A DNA stretch of 54,401 nucleotides from contig JADHRE010000001.1 in assembly GCA_016777595.1 (NCBI GenBank), positions 1 through 54,401 of the forward strand. Reading direction: 5' to 3'. This stretch comes from Candidatus Pelagibacter sp. (GTDB lineage Bacteria; Pseudomonadota; Alphaproteobacteria; Pelagibacterales; Pelagibacteraceae). How positions within the stretch are numbered: position 1 is the stretch's first letter; the number at the start of each line of letters is the position of its first letter. Shown piece after piece: positions 10,754 to 20,227 of this stretch. The position numbers were made by a program, and so were the translations under genes. Below the pieces are notes generated by a model, which saw only the letters and a program-made list of their open reading frames with translations, ran no database searches and was not told the DNA's origin.

Positions 10754-13231
10754 TTAGAATTCATTAGTCTCTTCACCAAATGGTTTATAAGTAAGAATTA
10801 GTTTTGGCAACAACGTTAAAACCGATATCATAGCTAGTAACATTGCTATACCTGTAAATACTCCAAAGTAAATAGTAGGTATAAAATTTGATAAAACTAA
10901 AATAGAAAACCCAAATACGATAGTAATAGATGTATTCAAAATTGCTATCCCTACTGTGCTATGACATTTATCAAGTGTACCATTATAATTTTTTATTTTT
11001 TTAAATTCCTCTTTAAATCTGTATATATAATGAATGCTATTATCAACAGCTATACCAATGGTGATGGCGGCTATAGTAATGGTCATCATATCAAGAGGGA
11101 TTTTTAAAAAACCAATAATGCCAAGAATAAAAAAAGCAGCAATAAAATTCGGAACTATTCCAATCAAAGAAATTACAACATTTCTAAATAAGAGGAAGAA
11201 CATTAAAAATATCCCAAGCAAAACTATTCCTAACGTAAGAATTTGAGACTTAAATAAACTTTGTAATAAATTATTAAATAAAATTAATACACCTGCTAAT
11301 TTATATTCACTTTTTTCTAAACCTAACTTTGAATTAAGTTCAGAATTTATCTTTTTAATTAGATCGTTTCTTTTCAATCCTTCCAATGAGTCTTTAATCC
11401 TTAAACTAATTCTAGCTTCATCTTTTTCTACAGATATATATGGTGAAATAATCTCATTTTTTATTTCTACGGGTATCTTGCTGTATAAAACAGCAATTTC
11501 TAAACTCTGTAATTCTTTATTGTTCAAATCTTCAGCTACCCTTAAAATAGAGCCAAATGACAAGACCTTTCCTATTTCAGGCAATGAGTCTAAATAATCA
11601 TGCACCTTAATAATTTTATCCATTTTGTCTCTAGTAAACCAATATTTAGCTTTATTTTCATTTGTTTCGTTATCCTCCTGCCATTCATCAAATTCATCAT
11701 CTTCTTTCTTAATTTCTTTTGTTTTTTTAGGAAATTTGAGTATTACGTTTAATGGAGTAGTTCCTCCTAAATCATCGTCAATTTTTTTCATACCCTTGTA
11801 AATTTCAGTTTCTTTGTCGAAATAATTTATAAAGCTATTTTCTACCTCAAGCTTAAAAATTCCTGTCATACTAAATATTACAATTAGTAGAGCTGATCCA
11901 AATATTAAAAGTTTATTATTTTTTGTAAAAGACCCTAATGATGAGGTAATAAATGATTTTTCTGTATCTTTTATATCAATTTCATTTTCTGATGAAATTA
12001 CACTTATTAAAGATGGTAATAATAAAAATGTCACTAATAGAGAAATGAGTAATCCTAAAGTCATCATCCAACCAAAATCAATTATTGGTTTAATTCCACT
12101 AAAAACTAAAGATAAAAATGCACATATAGTAGTTAAAACCGTATAAAGAATTGGAAGGAACATTTTTTTACTTGTTTGAAATATAACTTCATTTTTTTTA
12201 AGTTCTGGAAATTCTTTTTTTAATTGTAAAAATCTTACAGTTACATGGATATTCATCGCCATGTTTAGTATAAGCATCAAAGCAATAAAATTTGATGAAA
12301 TCACTGTCACTTTCCACCCAATCAATCCAAGCAAGCCAATCATTATTACTACTGACGTTGCACAACCCAACAATGGCATTAAAACCCATTTTATATTCTT
12401 AAAAATAAACCAAAGAGTGATAATTATAAAAACAAAAACCCCTAAACCAAATACTATGATGTCGTTTTTAATATAGCTCATCATATCATCTGCAATCATT
12501 GGTATTCCACCTAAATGTATTTTTGCATTTTCTCCATATTTGCTAATTACATCTCTTATTTCTGTAATGTTTTGATGATTTCTTAAGTTATATAAATTTT
12601 TATATTCCTCATACTCTTTAATAAATTTTTTAAAATTTAATTTATCTTCTTTAGATAACCCTACTTCTTTCAACTGATAAAAATACTGATCTTTTATTTT
12701 AATAAATTCTTCTAATCTTTCATCTTTTTTAAGATAAACCACTATGCCAGAGGTTTTACCATCTTCACTAATTACATAATTTCTATAGATAGGACTATTT
12801 ATAATTTCATCAAAACCTCTTTTTCTATCAATTTCTGGATAAGCTAATGTTTTATAATTTGTAAGTCTTTCCATCAAACCCTCATCAGTACTTTTTAAGA
12901 GAGGAACATCAATGATTGTAATAACGTTATCAACCCAAGTTAATTTTTCAATTTTTGATTTAAGTAATTGGAGATTGAGAATGGTCTCTTTTTCTGTAAA
13001 ATTTGAAATTGGTGTGTAAGTTAAAACTAAAAAATCCTTAGTGCCATAAGTTTCATTTACTTCTCTTAGATATTTTAAATCAGGATCCCCCTCAAGTAGC
13101 AAAGCATCAGAAGAAGCATCCAAATTAAAATTTTTTGAATGATAAATTGAAAAAATAATAGTTAAAATTAAAAAAAGAAGCGTTAATCTTGGAAAATCTA
13201 TAATTATTTTTTTATAAAAACTAGCGAACAT
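10754..13231 (-). CDS. MMPL/RND-superfamily exporter
   Basis: Two repeats of TM + large periplasmic loop + TM bundle; GIAVDNSIHY, TSITIVFGF, FIPTIYFG. Confidence 0.85.
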   Translation of the reverse strand: MFASFYKKIIIDFPRLTLLFLILTIIFSIYHSKNFNLDASSDALLLEGDPDLKYLREVNETYGTKDFLVLTYTPISNFTEKETILNLQLLKSKIEKLTWVDNVITIIDVPLLKSTDEGLMERLTNYKTLAYPEIDRKRGFDEIINSPIYRNYVISEDGKTSGIVVYLKKDERLEEFIKIKDQYFYQLKEVGLSKEDKLNFKKFIKEYEEYKNLYNLRNHQNITEIRDVISKYGENAKIHLGGIPMIADDMMSYIKNDIIVFGLGVFVFIIITLWFIFKNIKWVLMPLLGCATSVVIMIGLLGLIGWKVTVISSNFIALMLILNMAMNIHVTVRFLQLKKEFPELKKNEVIFQTSKKMFLPILYTVLTTICAFLSLVFSGIKPIIDFGWMMTLGLLISLLVTFLLLPSLISVISSENEIDIKDTEKSFITSSLGSFTKNNKLLIFGSALLIVIFSMTGIFKLEVENSFINYFDKETEIYKGMKKIDDDLGGTTPLNVILKFPKKTKEIKKEDDEFDEWQEDNETNENKAKYWFTRDKMDKIIKVHDYLDSLPEIGKVLSFGSILRVAEDLNNKELQSLEIAVLYSKIPVEIKNEIISPYISVEKDEARISLRIKDSLEGLKRNDLIKKINSELNSKLGLEKSEYKLAGVLILFNNLLQSLFKSQILTLGIVLLGIFLMFFLLFRNVVISLIGIVPNFIAAFFILGIIGFLKIPLDMMTITIAAITIGIAVDNSIHYIYRFKEEFKKIKNYNGTLDKCHSTVGIAILNTSITIVFGFSILVLSNFIPTIYFGVFTGIAMLLAMISVLTLLPKLILTYKPFGEETNEF

Positions 13232-13284
13232 GTAAACATTTCAGATATATCCTAATTTATTTATAACTAAAGGGAAAATTTAGG

Positions 13285-14712
13285 TTAATTTTTAGTTAAA
13301 TCTTTAAATTTTGTATAAATACCCTCAAATTCTACTTTAACAGTACCAGTAGGACCATGTCTTTGTTTACCCAAAATAATATCAGCTAAGCCATTAACAT
13401 CATTCATTTTTGACTGCCATTCAGCGTGCTCAATTGAACCTAATTTCGGTTGCTTTCTTTCAAGATAATAGGCCTCCCTATAAACAAACATTACTACATC
13501 AGCATCTTGTTCAATTGACCCGGACTCCCTTAGATCAGCTAATTGAGGTTGTTTATCATCTCTTTGTTCTACGGCTCTAGATAGCTGAGATAGTGCTAAA
13601 ACTGGAACTGATAATTCTTTGGCAAGAGCCTTTAAACCTTGAGTGATTTCTGAAATTTCTTGAACCCTACCTTCATGTTTATTTAAACTAGAACGCATCA
13701 GCTGTATATAATCAACAACAACTAGAGCTAAACCATGCAATCTTTTAATACGTCTTGCCCTGTTGCTTAAAGCGGCGATAGTAATTGCTGGCGTCTCATC
13801 AATAAATAAAGGTAAATTGTAAATATTTCTTGAAGTTTCTATATACCTATTTATTTCTTCTTCAGTAACCTTACCACGTCGTATATCATCTGATTTAATT
13901 TTAGCTTGTTCTGATAAAATTCTAGTTGATAATTGCTCTGATGACATCTCTAGTGAAAAAAAGGCAACAGCAGATTTTTCTTGCCTATTTAAAATATGTT
14001 GTGAGGCATTAAACGCAATATTAGTAGCTAGAGCTGTTTTACCCATCGAGGGCCTACCTGCCAAAATTATTAAATCTGATTTATGTAAACCGCCTAATTT
14101 TTCATCTAAATCAGTAAGACCAGTAGGCACACCAACAATCCCTTGATCACTTTGCATAGCAAGAGTAGCCATCTTTATTGTCTCGTCTAATGCTTTATTA
14201 AATTTTAAATATGATTGAGAAAAAGTACCTTTTTCCGCTAAATCGTAAAGAGATTTTTCTGTTTCTTCAATAATGGTTTCTGCATTTTTTTCCTCAGAAT
14301 TTGCATTTAAAGTATCTGATGATAATTTATCAGAAACCATTACCAACTCTCTTCTTAGATACATTTCATGAATAATTTTTCCATAATCGATTGATTGTTT
14401 TACGGAGCCAGAAAATCTAGTTAGTTTAACTAAATATTCTGTACCACCCACATCACTGAGCATGTTATCTTTTTCAAAAAAATTTTTAAGTGTAATTGGA
14501 TTTGCAATCATTCCTTTATTATTTAAGTTTTCAATAGTTTCATAAATCTTTATATGCGCAGGATCATAAAACATGTGTGATTTTATAATGACTGAAACTT
14601 CATCAATAATATCATTGTTGACTAGTATTGATCCAATAAGGGCTTGTTCTGCCTCTAGATTAGAAGGTTGCTTATTTTCAAGATTTTTTTGAATCGATTT
14701 TATTTCTTCCAC
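13285..14712 (-). CDS. dnaB: Replicative DNA helicase
   Basis: EAEQALIG, Walker A GRPSMGKT, FSLEMS, VDYIQLM, LRESGSIEQDAD, KQRHGPTG; GTG start. Confidence 0.98.
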   Translation of the reverse strand: MEEIKSIQKNLENKQPSNLEAEQALIGSILVNNDIIDEVSVIIKSHMFYDPAHIKIYETIENLNNKGMIANPITLKNFFEKDNMLSDVGGTEYLVKLTRFSGSVKQSIDYGKIIHEMYLRRELVMVSDKLSSDTLNANSEEKNAETIIEETEKSLYDLAEKGTFSQSYLKFNKALDETIKMATLAMQSDQGIVGVPTGLTDLDEKLGGLHKSDLIILAGRPSMGKTALATNIAFNASQHILNRQEKSAVAFFSLEMSSEQLSTRILSEQAKIKSDDIRRGKVTEEEINRYIETSRNIYNLPLFIDETPAITIAALSNRARRIKRLHGLALVVVDYIQLMRSSLNKHEGRVQEISEITQGLKALAKELSVPVLALSQLSRAVEQRDDKQPQLADLRESGSIEQDADVVMFVYREAYYLERKQPKLGSIEHAEWQSKMNDVNGLADIILGKQRHGPTGTVKVEFEGIYTKFKDLTKN

Positions 14713-14785
14713 TTGAGCAAGATAAAAGAATGCTTTTAATTTAAAAGAAAAAAGTTACACACTTTTTTTAAATTCTGTGGAGAAG

Positions 14786-15241
14786 TTATTTGGATTGTAC
14801 TTTGTCTATCTTGATAGAAATATTTGCCTTAACTTCAGAATGAAAATTGATATCTATTTTATATAATCCAATTTTATTAAGTTCATCTTTTAATATTATT
14901 TGAGACGGACTAACTTCCGCGTTAACTTGGTCTTTAATCATGTTTGTTATTTCTTTAGGTTTTATAGAACCAAAAAGTTCCCCGTTTTCTTTACTTTCTT
15001 TATTGAAGATAAAAGTTTTATTTTCTACAATTTTTGCAATTTCTTTAAATTTATTTTTTGTCTCAGTATTTTTTTTATTTAGTTCATTTTTTTTTTTATT
15101 TACTAATTCAAGGTTATCTTTACTAAATCTTAAGGCTTTACCTTGTTTAAGAAGAAAATTTCTACCATACCCATTCTTAACCGTTACCTTGTCCCCAATA
15201 TTTCCTAAATTAAGAATATTTTCTAATAAAATTATTTCCAT
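14786..15241 (-). CDS. rplI: 50S ribosomal protein L9
   Basis: LGNIGDKVTVKNGYGRNFL, GELFGSI. Confidence 0.96.
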   Translation of the reverse strand: MEIILLENILNLGNIGDKVTVKNGYGRNFLLKQGKALRFSKDNLELVNKKKNELNKKNTETKNKFKEIAKIVENKTFIFNKESKENGELFGSIKPKEITNMIKDQVNAEVSPSQIILKDELNKIGLYKIDINFHSEVKANISIKIDKVQSK

Positions 15242-15513
15242 TATATTAACCCTAAAATTTTTGCCTTTTTAATTTCTCTTGATAATTTTTTTTGTTTACT
15301 GAATGATACCGATGTTATTTTTGAAGATAAAATCTTTCCATTATCAGATATATATTTTTTTAGTAGATTAATATTTTTGTAATCAAGTAATGGAGCATCC
15401 TTTACGGAAAGAGGGCACTTTTTCGAAAATCTACCATCATTTTTTTGAAATAGACTTAGTTTATTAAGCGAGCTTGAATTTTTTTTTTGAAATTTTTTAT
15501 TTTTTCTTTTCAT
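15241..15513 (-). CDS. rpsR: 30S ribosomal protein S18
   Basis: DYKNINLLKKYIS..GKI; located between rpsF and rplI. Confidence 0.92.
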   Translation of the reverse strand: MKRKNKKFQKKNSSSLNKLSLFQKNDGRFSKKCPLSVKDAPLLDYKNINLLKKYISDNGKILSSKITSVSFSKQKKLSREIKKAKILGLI

Positions 15514-15519
15514 AGTGGA

Positions 15520-15840
15520 TTATTTTTTTTTAAAAAATTCGTTCTTGGTATCTAAATTTTTATACTTAACAGTTAAATGCCTGATTATAGAGCCATCAAT
15601 TTTAACTTTTTTTTCTAATTCATTTATCGTGACGCCGTTACCTTCAAATTTATAATGAATATAAAAACCTTTTTTATATTTTTTAATTTTTTTAGCTAAA
15701 TTCAGTAAACCCCATTCCTCAATTTTTATAACTTTTCCAGATGAATTATTAATAATCTCATTATATTTATCTTTAATTATTTTAAGATCTTTTTCTGCAG
15801 TATCTTGTTTAGCTACTATTGTGTTCTCGTAAAAAGCCAT
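15520..15840 (-). CDS. rpsF: 30S ribosomal protein S6
   Basis: YEN, EEWGL..LA..IKK.KKG.Y, IIRHL. Confidence 0.93.
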   Translation of the reverse strand: MAFYENTIVAKQDTAEKDLKIIKDKYNEIINNSSGKVIKIEEWGLLNLAKKIKKYKKGFYIHYKFEGNGVTINELEKKVKIDGSIIRHLTVKYKNLDTKNEFFKKK

Positions 15841-15944
15841 AATTTGTTATGTTAATTAAGTTTTATTAATTATTTATAAAATGTGGTTTATACTATAATA
15901 AAAGATTATATCAACTGTAATAATTACTAAAAAAACTGATAGAA

Positions 15945-16886
15945 ATGAACGCTTTATTATTTCCAGGACAAGGTTCACAAGTCGTAGGAATGGGCACTGA
16001 ATTTTATAACAATTATGAGCTAGTAAAAAAAATATTCAAGCTAGCCGATGAAAAATTAAATTTTCAAATTTCAAAAATAATTCTTGAAGGCCCTGAAAAT
16101 GAACTCCAATTAACAAAAAATACTCAGCCTGCAATTTTAACTGTGAGCTATTCAATTTTTAAAGTACTTAAAGATGAACATGGATTTGATTTGAAATCTT
16201 TTGAGTATTTTGCAGGCCATTCACTTGGCGAATACAGCGCTTTGGTTTGCTCAGAGTCATTGAATTTTGATGATGCTTTATTTTTGTTGCACGAGAGAGG
16301 TAAAGCAATGCAGGAAGCCGTGCCGATAGGTAAAGGTAGCATGATAGCAGTGCTAGGGGTAAATATTAATGAGCTAAGTATCCTGATAAAATCAATAGAA
16401 AGTGAAATCGGAGTCTGTGAAGTGGCCAATGATAATGCGGATGGCCAAGTTATTGTTAGCGGTGACACGAAAAAATTAGATAAATTAAAATTAATTTTAA
16501 AAGAAAAAAAAATTAAAACAATTCCACTAAAAGTAAGCGCACCATTTCATTGTTCGTTAATGAAACAAGCAGCTCTTAATATGGAAAAAAAAATTTATAA
16601 TACAAATTTTAACAATCCTATAGTTAAAATTATTAATAATGTGACTGCAAAACCAGAAGAAAATTTTGAAACAATAAAAAAGCTGTTAGTAGAACAAATT
16701 TTCTCAACTGTTAAATGGCGAGAAAGTATAATACATATGGCTCAAGCAGGTGTTAAGAATTTTATTGAGGTGGGACCAGGAAAGGCCCTAACTGGGATGG
16801 TTAAAAGAACAGTGAAAGATGTAAATTGCTTTTCAATTAACTCAATTGCTGATATGAAAAAATTATCTGATGAATTTAAAAGATAA
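15945..16886 (+). CDS. fabD: Malonyl-CoA:ACP transacylase
   Basis: FPGQGSQ, TQPAI, GHSLGEY, VSAPFH. Confidence 0.97.
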   Translation: MNALLFPGQGSQVVGMGTEFYNNYELVKKIFKLADEKLNFQISKIILEGPENELQLTKNTQPAILTVSYSIFKVLKDEHGFDLKSFEYFAGHSLGEYSALVCSESLNFDDALFLLHERGKAMQEAVPIGKGSMIAVLGVNINELSILIKSIESEIGVCEVANDNADGQVIVSGDTKKLDKLKLILKEKKIKTIPLKVSAPFHCSLMKQAALNMEKKIYNTNFNNPIVKIINNVTAKPEENFETIKKLLVEQIFSTVKWRESIIHMAQAGVKNFIEVGPGKALTGMVKRTVKDVNCFSINSIADMKKLSDEFKR

Positions 16887-17601
16887 AAAAGTATTAATAA
16901 CTGGTGCCACAGGCGGTATAGGAAACTGTTTAGTTGAAAAATTTAGTAGTATGGGTTCTTCAATTGTAGCTACAGGCACCAATGAAAACAAACTTAACGA
17001 TTTAAAAAATAAGTATTCAAATATTGATGTTGAAAAGTTTAGTTTAGATGAACACAATAAGATAGAAAATTTTATTGAAAATACAAGTAAAAAATTAGGC
17101 GGCCTAGACATTTTGGTAAATAACGCTGGTATAACATTAGACAACCTCTCCATTAGATTAACAGAACTAAATTGGAAAAAAGTTTTAGATATAAACTTAA
17201 CATCAAGTTTTTTAATGTGCAAATATGCAATCAAGAAAATGTTAAAAAACAAATATGGAAAAATAATCAATATTACCTCTATAGTTGGTCATACAGGAAA
17301 TTTAGGACAGGCAAATTACGCTGCTTCAAAAGCAGGAATTATTGCTTTTTCAAAAACTCTAGCCATAGAATACGCTAAGAAAAACATTAATGTTAATTGT
17401 GTTTCACCTGGATTTATAAAAACTGAAATGACAGATAAAATTAATGAAGATTTTAAAAAAATATTAATTAGTAAAATCCCATCTGGAGACCTTGGGACAG
17501 GCGAGGACATTTCAAACTGCGTAGCTTTTCTGGCCTCTGACATGGCAAAATATATTAATGGTGAAACCATTCATGTTAATGGCGGAATGTATATGTCTTG
17601 A
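16870..17601 (+). CDS. fabG: 3-oxoacyl-ACP reductase
   Basis: TGATGGIG, NNAGIT, GQANYAASK; between fabD and acpP. Confidence 0.96.
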   Translation: MNLKDKKVLITGATGGIGNCLVEKFSSMGSSIVATGTNENKLNDLKNKYSNIDVEKFSLDEHNKIENFIENTSKKLGGLDILVNNAGITLDNLSIRLTELNWKKVLDINLTSSFLMCKYAIKKMLKNKYGKIINITSIVGHTGNLGQANYAASKAGIIAFSKTLAIEYAKKNINVNCVSPGFIKTEMTDKINEDFKKILISKIPSGDLGTGEDISNCVAFLASDMAKYINGETIHVNGGMYMS

Positions 17602-17625
17602 CAATTCTAATTAATAATCTATTAA
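17598..17625 (+). promoter_or_regulatory. Putative sigma70 promoter for acpP overlapping the fabG stop codon
   Basis: TTGACA (17598-17603), 16-nt spacer, TATTAA (17620-17625); AAAGGAA Shine-Dalgarno before the acpP ATG. Confidence 0.5.
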
Positions 17626-17652
17626 GAAATTAAACAATTAAGAAAGGAATTC

Positions 17653-17892
17653 ATGTCAGAAGATATTAAAAGTAAAATAAAAAAAATAGTTGCAGACCAC
17701 TTAGGCATTGATGAGGAGAAAGTAACAGAAGAAGCAAGTTTTATAGATGATCTTGGTGCAGACAGCTTAGATACAGTAGAATTAGTAATGGCATTTGAAG
17801 AGGAATTTGGTTCAGAAATATCTGATAGCGAAGCTGAAAAAATTCTTACTGTTGGAGACGCGATTAAATTTATAGAGAGCAAATCTAGTTAA
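17653..17892 (+). CDS. acpP: Acyl carrier protein
   Basis: [20 protein letters not shown] phosphopantetheine site. Confidence 0.98.
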   Translation: MSEDIKSKIKKIVADHLGIDEEKVTEEASFIDDLGADSLDTVELVMAFEEEFGSEISDSEAEKILTVGDAIKFIESKSS

Positions 17893-17910
17893 GCTTTAAC
17901 TCTTTTTACA

Positions 17911-18510
17911 ATGAAACATGATAAAAAAAATATCATGGTTATCTTATCTTCTCCATCAGGAGTTGGAAAGACAACAATAACAAAAAAAATACAACAAAAA
18001 TATCAATCCTTCAAACTATCAGTTTCTCATACAACAAGAACGCCTAGATCAAATGAAGTGGATGGCATAGATTATCATTTTATATCTTCAGAAGAATTCA
18101 AAAAACTAATTAAAAAAAATGAATTTTATGAATATGCAAAAATATTTGATAATTTTTACGGTACATTAAAAAAAAAAGTAGATGAAATAATAGTTTCAAG
18201 TGATATTATTTTTGATATTGATTGGCAGGGAACAAAGCAATTATCAAAATTTAATAATTTAAATCTTATTAAAATTTTTTTAATTCCTGACAGTAAAGAT
18301 GAACTAAAAAAAAGATTAATAAATAGAAATCAAAACACCTCAGTAGAGATAAAAAGAAGGTTTGACTCATTCGAAGAAGATGTAAAACATTGGAATGATT
18401 ACGATTACATAATAATAAATAAAAATTTAGAAAACTGTTTTAAACAAATTGAAAACATAATTTCTTTAGAGAAAAGAAAAGCATTTACAACTGCTCAAAT
18501 AATTCAGTAA
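17911..18510 (+). CDS. gmk: Guanylate kinase
   Basis: SSPSGVGKTT, SHTTRTPR..EVDG.DYHF, DIDWQG. Confidence 0.96.
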   Translation: MKHDKKNIMVILSSPSGVGKTTITKKIQQKYQSFKLSVSHTTRTPRSNEVDGIDYHFISSEEFKKLIKKNEFYEYAKIFDNFYGTLKKKVDEIIVSSDIIFDIDWQGTKQLSKFNNLNLIKIFLIPDSKDELKKRLINRNQNTSVEIKRRFDSFEEDVKHWNDYDYIIINKNLENCFKQIENIISLEKRKAFTTAQIIQ

Positions 18511-19270
18511 TTTTATAATAAGTTTCGGGTTTTAAATCTAAAGGTCGAGAGTTAATATCCAAATCTTGAATTTTATTAATTTTTTCTTGGGACAAAATTT
18601 TTTTAATACTTTTGTTTATCATTTTTCTTTTACTAGAAAAAAAAATATTTGTAATTTTTTCTAAATTTTTAATATTTTTTATCCTATAGACATTTTCTTT
18701 CTTAGGCTTAAAATGAATAACTATAGAAGTAATTTTTGGTTTAGGAAAAAAACTATTATTAGAAACAAAGAATTTTTTAAAAACATTTAACTTAAGATTC
18801 GATAAGATTGAAAGTCTTCCGTAGCCAGAAGATTTAAATTTCCCAATAATTTTTTCTCCTAATTCTTTTTGAAACATAAATATAAAATCATTTATTTGAG
18901 GAGGCCATTTTTTAAATCTCAATATTCTTACTAAGATTTGAGATGAAATGTTATAGGGTAAGTTGCCAAAAATTATATCATTATTCTTACTAATTTTTTC
19001 AATATCAAATTTGAGTATATCCGCATTATATATTAAAATATTTTTTTCTGCAGAATATTTTTTTTTTAAACTTTTATATAAATTATAATCTTTTTCAATT
19101 AAACATAATGATTTAGGTTTTTTTTTTAAAATTTCGTTTGTTAAGGCACCTTTCCCTGGTCCAATTTCAATAACATTTTTATTATAAATTCTTACTAAAG
19201 AAACAATTTTTTTAATAATATTTTTATCTATTAGATAATTTTGACCTAATGATTTTTTTGGGAATATCAT
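18485..19270 (-). CDS. rsmA: 16S rRNA m6,2A dimethyltransferase KsgA
   Basis: KKSLGQNYL, EIGPGKGALT, GNLPYNIS, MFQKE, YGRLS. Confidence 0.96.
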   Translation of the reverse strand: MIFPKKSLGQNYLIDKNIIKKIVSLVRIYNKNVIEIGPGKGALTNEILKKKPKSLCLIEKDYNLYKSLKKKYSAEKNILIYNADILKFDIEKISKNNDIIFGNLPYNISSQILVRILRFKKWPPQINDFIFMFQKELGEKIIGKFKSSGYGRLSILSNLKLNVFKKFFVSNNSFFPKPKITSIVIHFKPKKENVYRIKNIKNLEKITNIFFSSKRKMINKSIKKILSQEKINKIQDLDINSRPLDLKPETYYKITELFEQL

Positions 19271-20227
19271 TTATCCAAATTTATTAATAAACTTAATACA
19301 TTGTAGTAAACTATTTTCATCTGCTTTATTTTTACCAATTAAATTAATCGCAACACCATGATCTGGCGAAACCCGCAAGTAATTAAGACCAAGCGTAAAA
19401 TTAATAGCATCAAATTTATACATTGCTTTGAACGGTGTTAATACTTGGTCATGATACATGCCAACTATAACATCAAATTTTTTATACTCTTCAATAAAAA
19501 CAGTATCAGCAACCAAAGGACCAAAAACTTTAATACCCAATTTTTTTAGACTTTTAATAGCAGGAGTAATTTTTTTAATTTCTTCAGAATTTTTCCTTAA
19601 TTCGGCATTATGAGGATTTAAACCTAAAACTCCTATTTCTGGCTTTTTATTAAGTATTCTTTTGTAGTGAAGATGAATTGTTTTTATTTTTTTTATTATC
19701 AAATTTTTACTAATCATATTTGCGACATTCTTTAAATCATAGTGAGTTGTAATAAGCGCAACAGCAAGTTTATTATTCCTAATTACCATAACCTCAGAAT
19801 TATTTTTTATTGAGCACTTCTTAGCAAAAAACTCTGTAACACCGACATTATTCAATTCAAGAAGATTTTTTTTAATTGGGCAATTAATAATACCGATTAC
19901 ATTTTTATCTTTTGTAGCTAAATTATGAGCAATATTAAGAGAGTTTTTAATATATTTTTTTAGTGTACCGCGATTAATTTTAAATGGATTTTTAAACCTA
20001 AGTTTTACATCAATAACTTTAAGTTTATTTGAATTTGAATTAATATTTGTATTTTCAATATCAATTTTAATACCAAGTTTTTTAAACTGTTTGTTTAATA
20101 AATTTACATTTGATATTAAATAAATTTTTTTTTTGACTTGATTGGATAATTTTATCCATGATTTAAAAAGAATTTCAGAATTTATACTTTCTGGGTCTCC
20201 AGCAACTATGATAATTTTTTTTTTCAT
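19271..20227 (-). CDS. pdxA: 4-hydroxythreonine-4-phosphate dehydrogenase
   Basis: TTH, LNPH, MYHDQ, N.TLGL..R.SPDHG; surA-pdxA-rsmA context. Confidence 0.9.
   Translation of the reverse strand: MKKKIIIVAGDPESINSEILFKSWIKLSNQVKKKIYLISNVNLLNKQFKKLGIKIDIENTNINSNSNKLKVIDVKLRFKNPFKINRGTLKKYIKNSLNIAHNLATKDKNVIGIINCPIKKNLLELNNVGVTEFFAKKCSIKNNSEVMVIRNNKLAVALITTHYDLKNVANMISKNLIIKKIKTIHLHYKRILNKKPEIGVLGLNPHNAELRKNSEEIKKITPAIKSLKKLGIKVFGPLVADTVFIEEYKKFDVIVGMYHDQVLTPFKAMYKFDAINFTLGLNYLRVSPDHGVAINLIGKNKADENSLLQCIKFINKFG

Noticed and set aside
14900-17882. Short ORFs antisense to or nested in rplI, fabD, fabG and acpP, and similar ones across the window
   Set aside because: They lie within conserved genes, are Phe/Ile/Leu/Ser-rich as expected for antisense frames of AT-rich genes, and carry no motifs.
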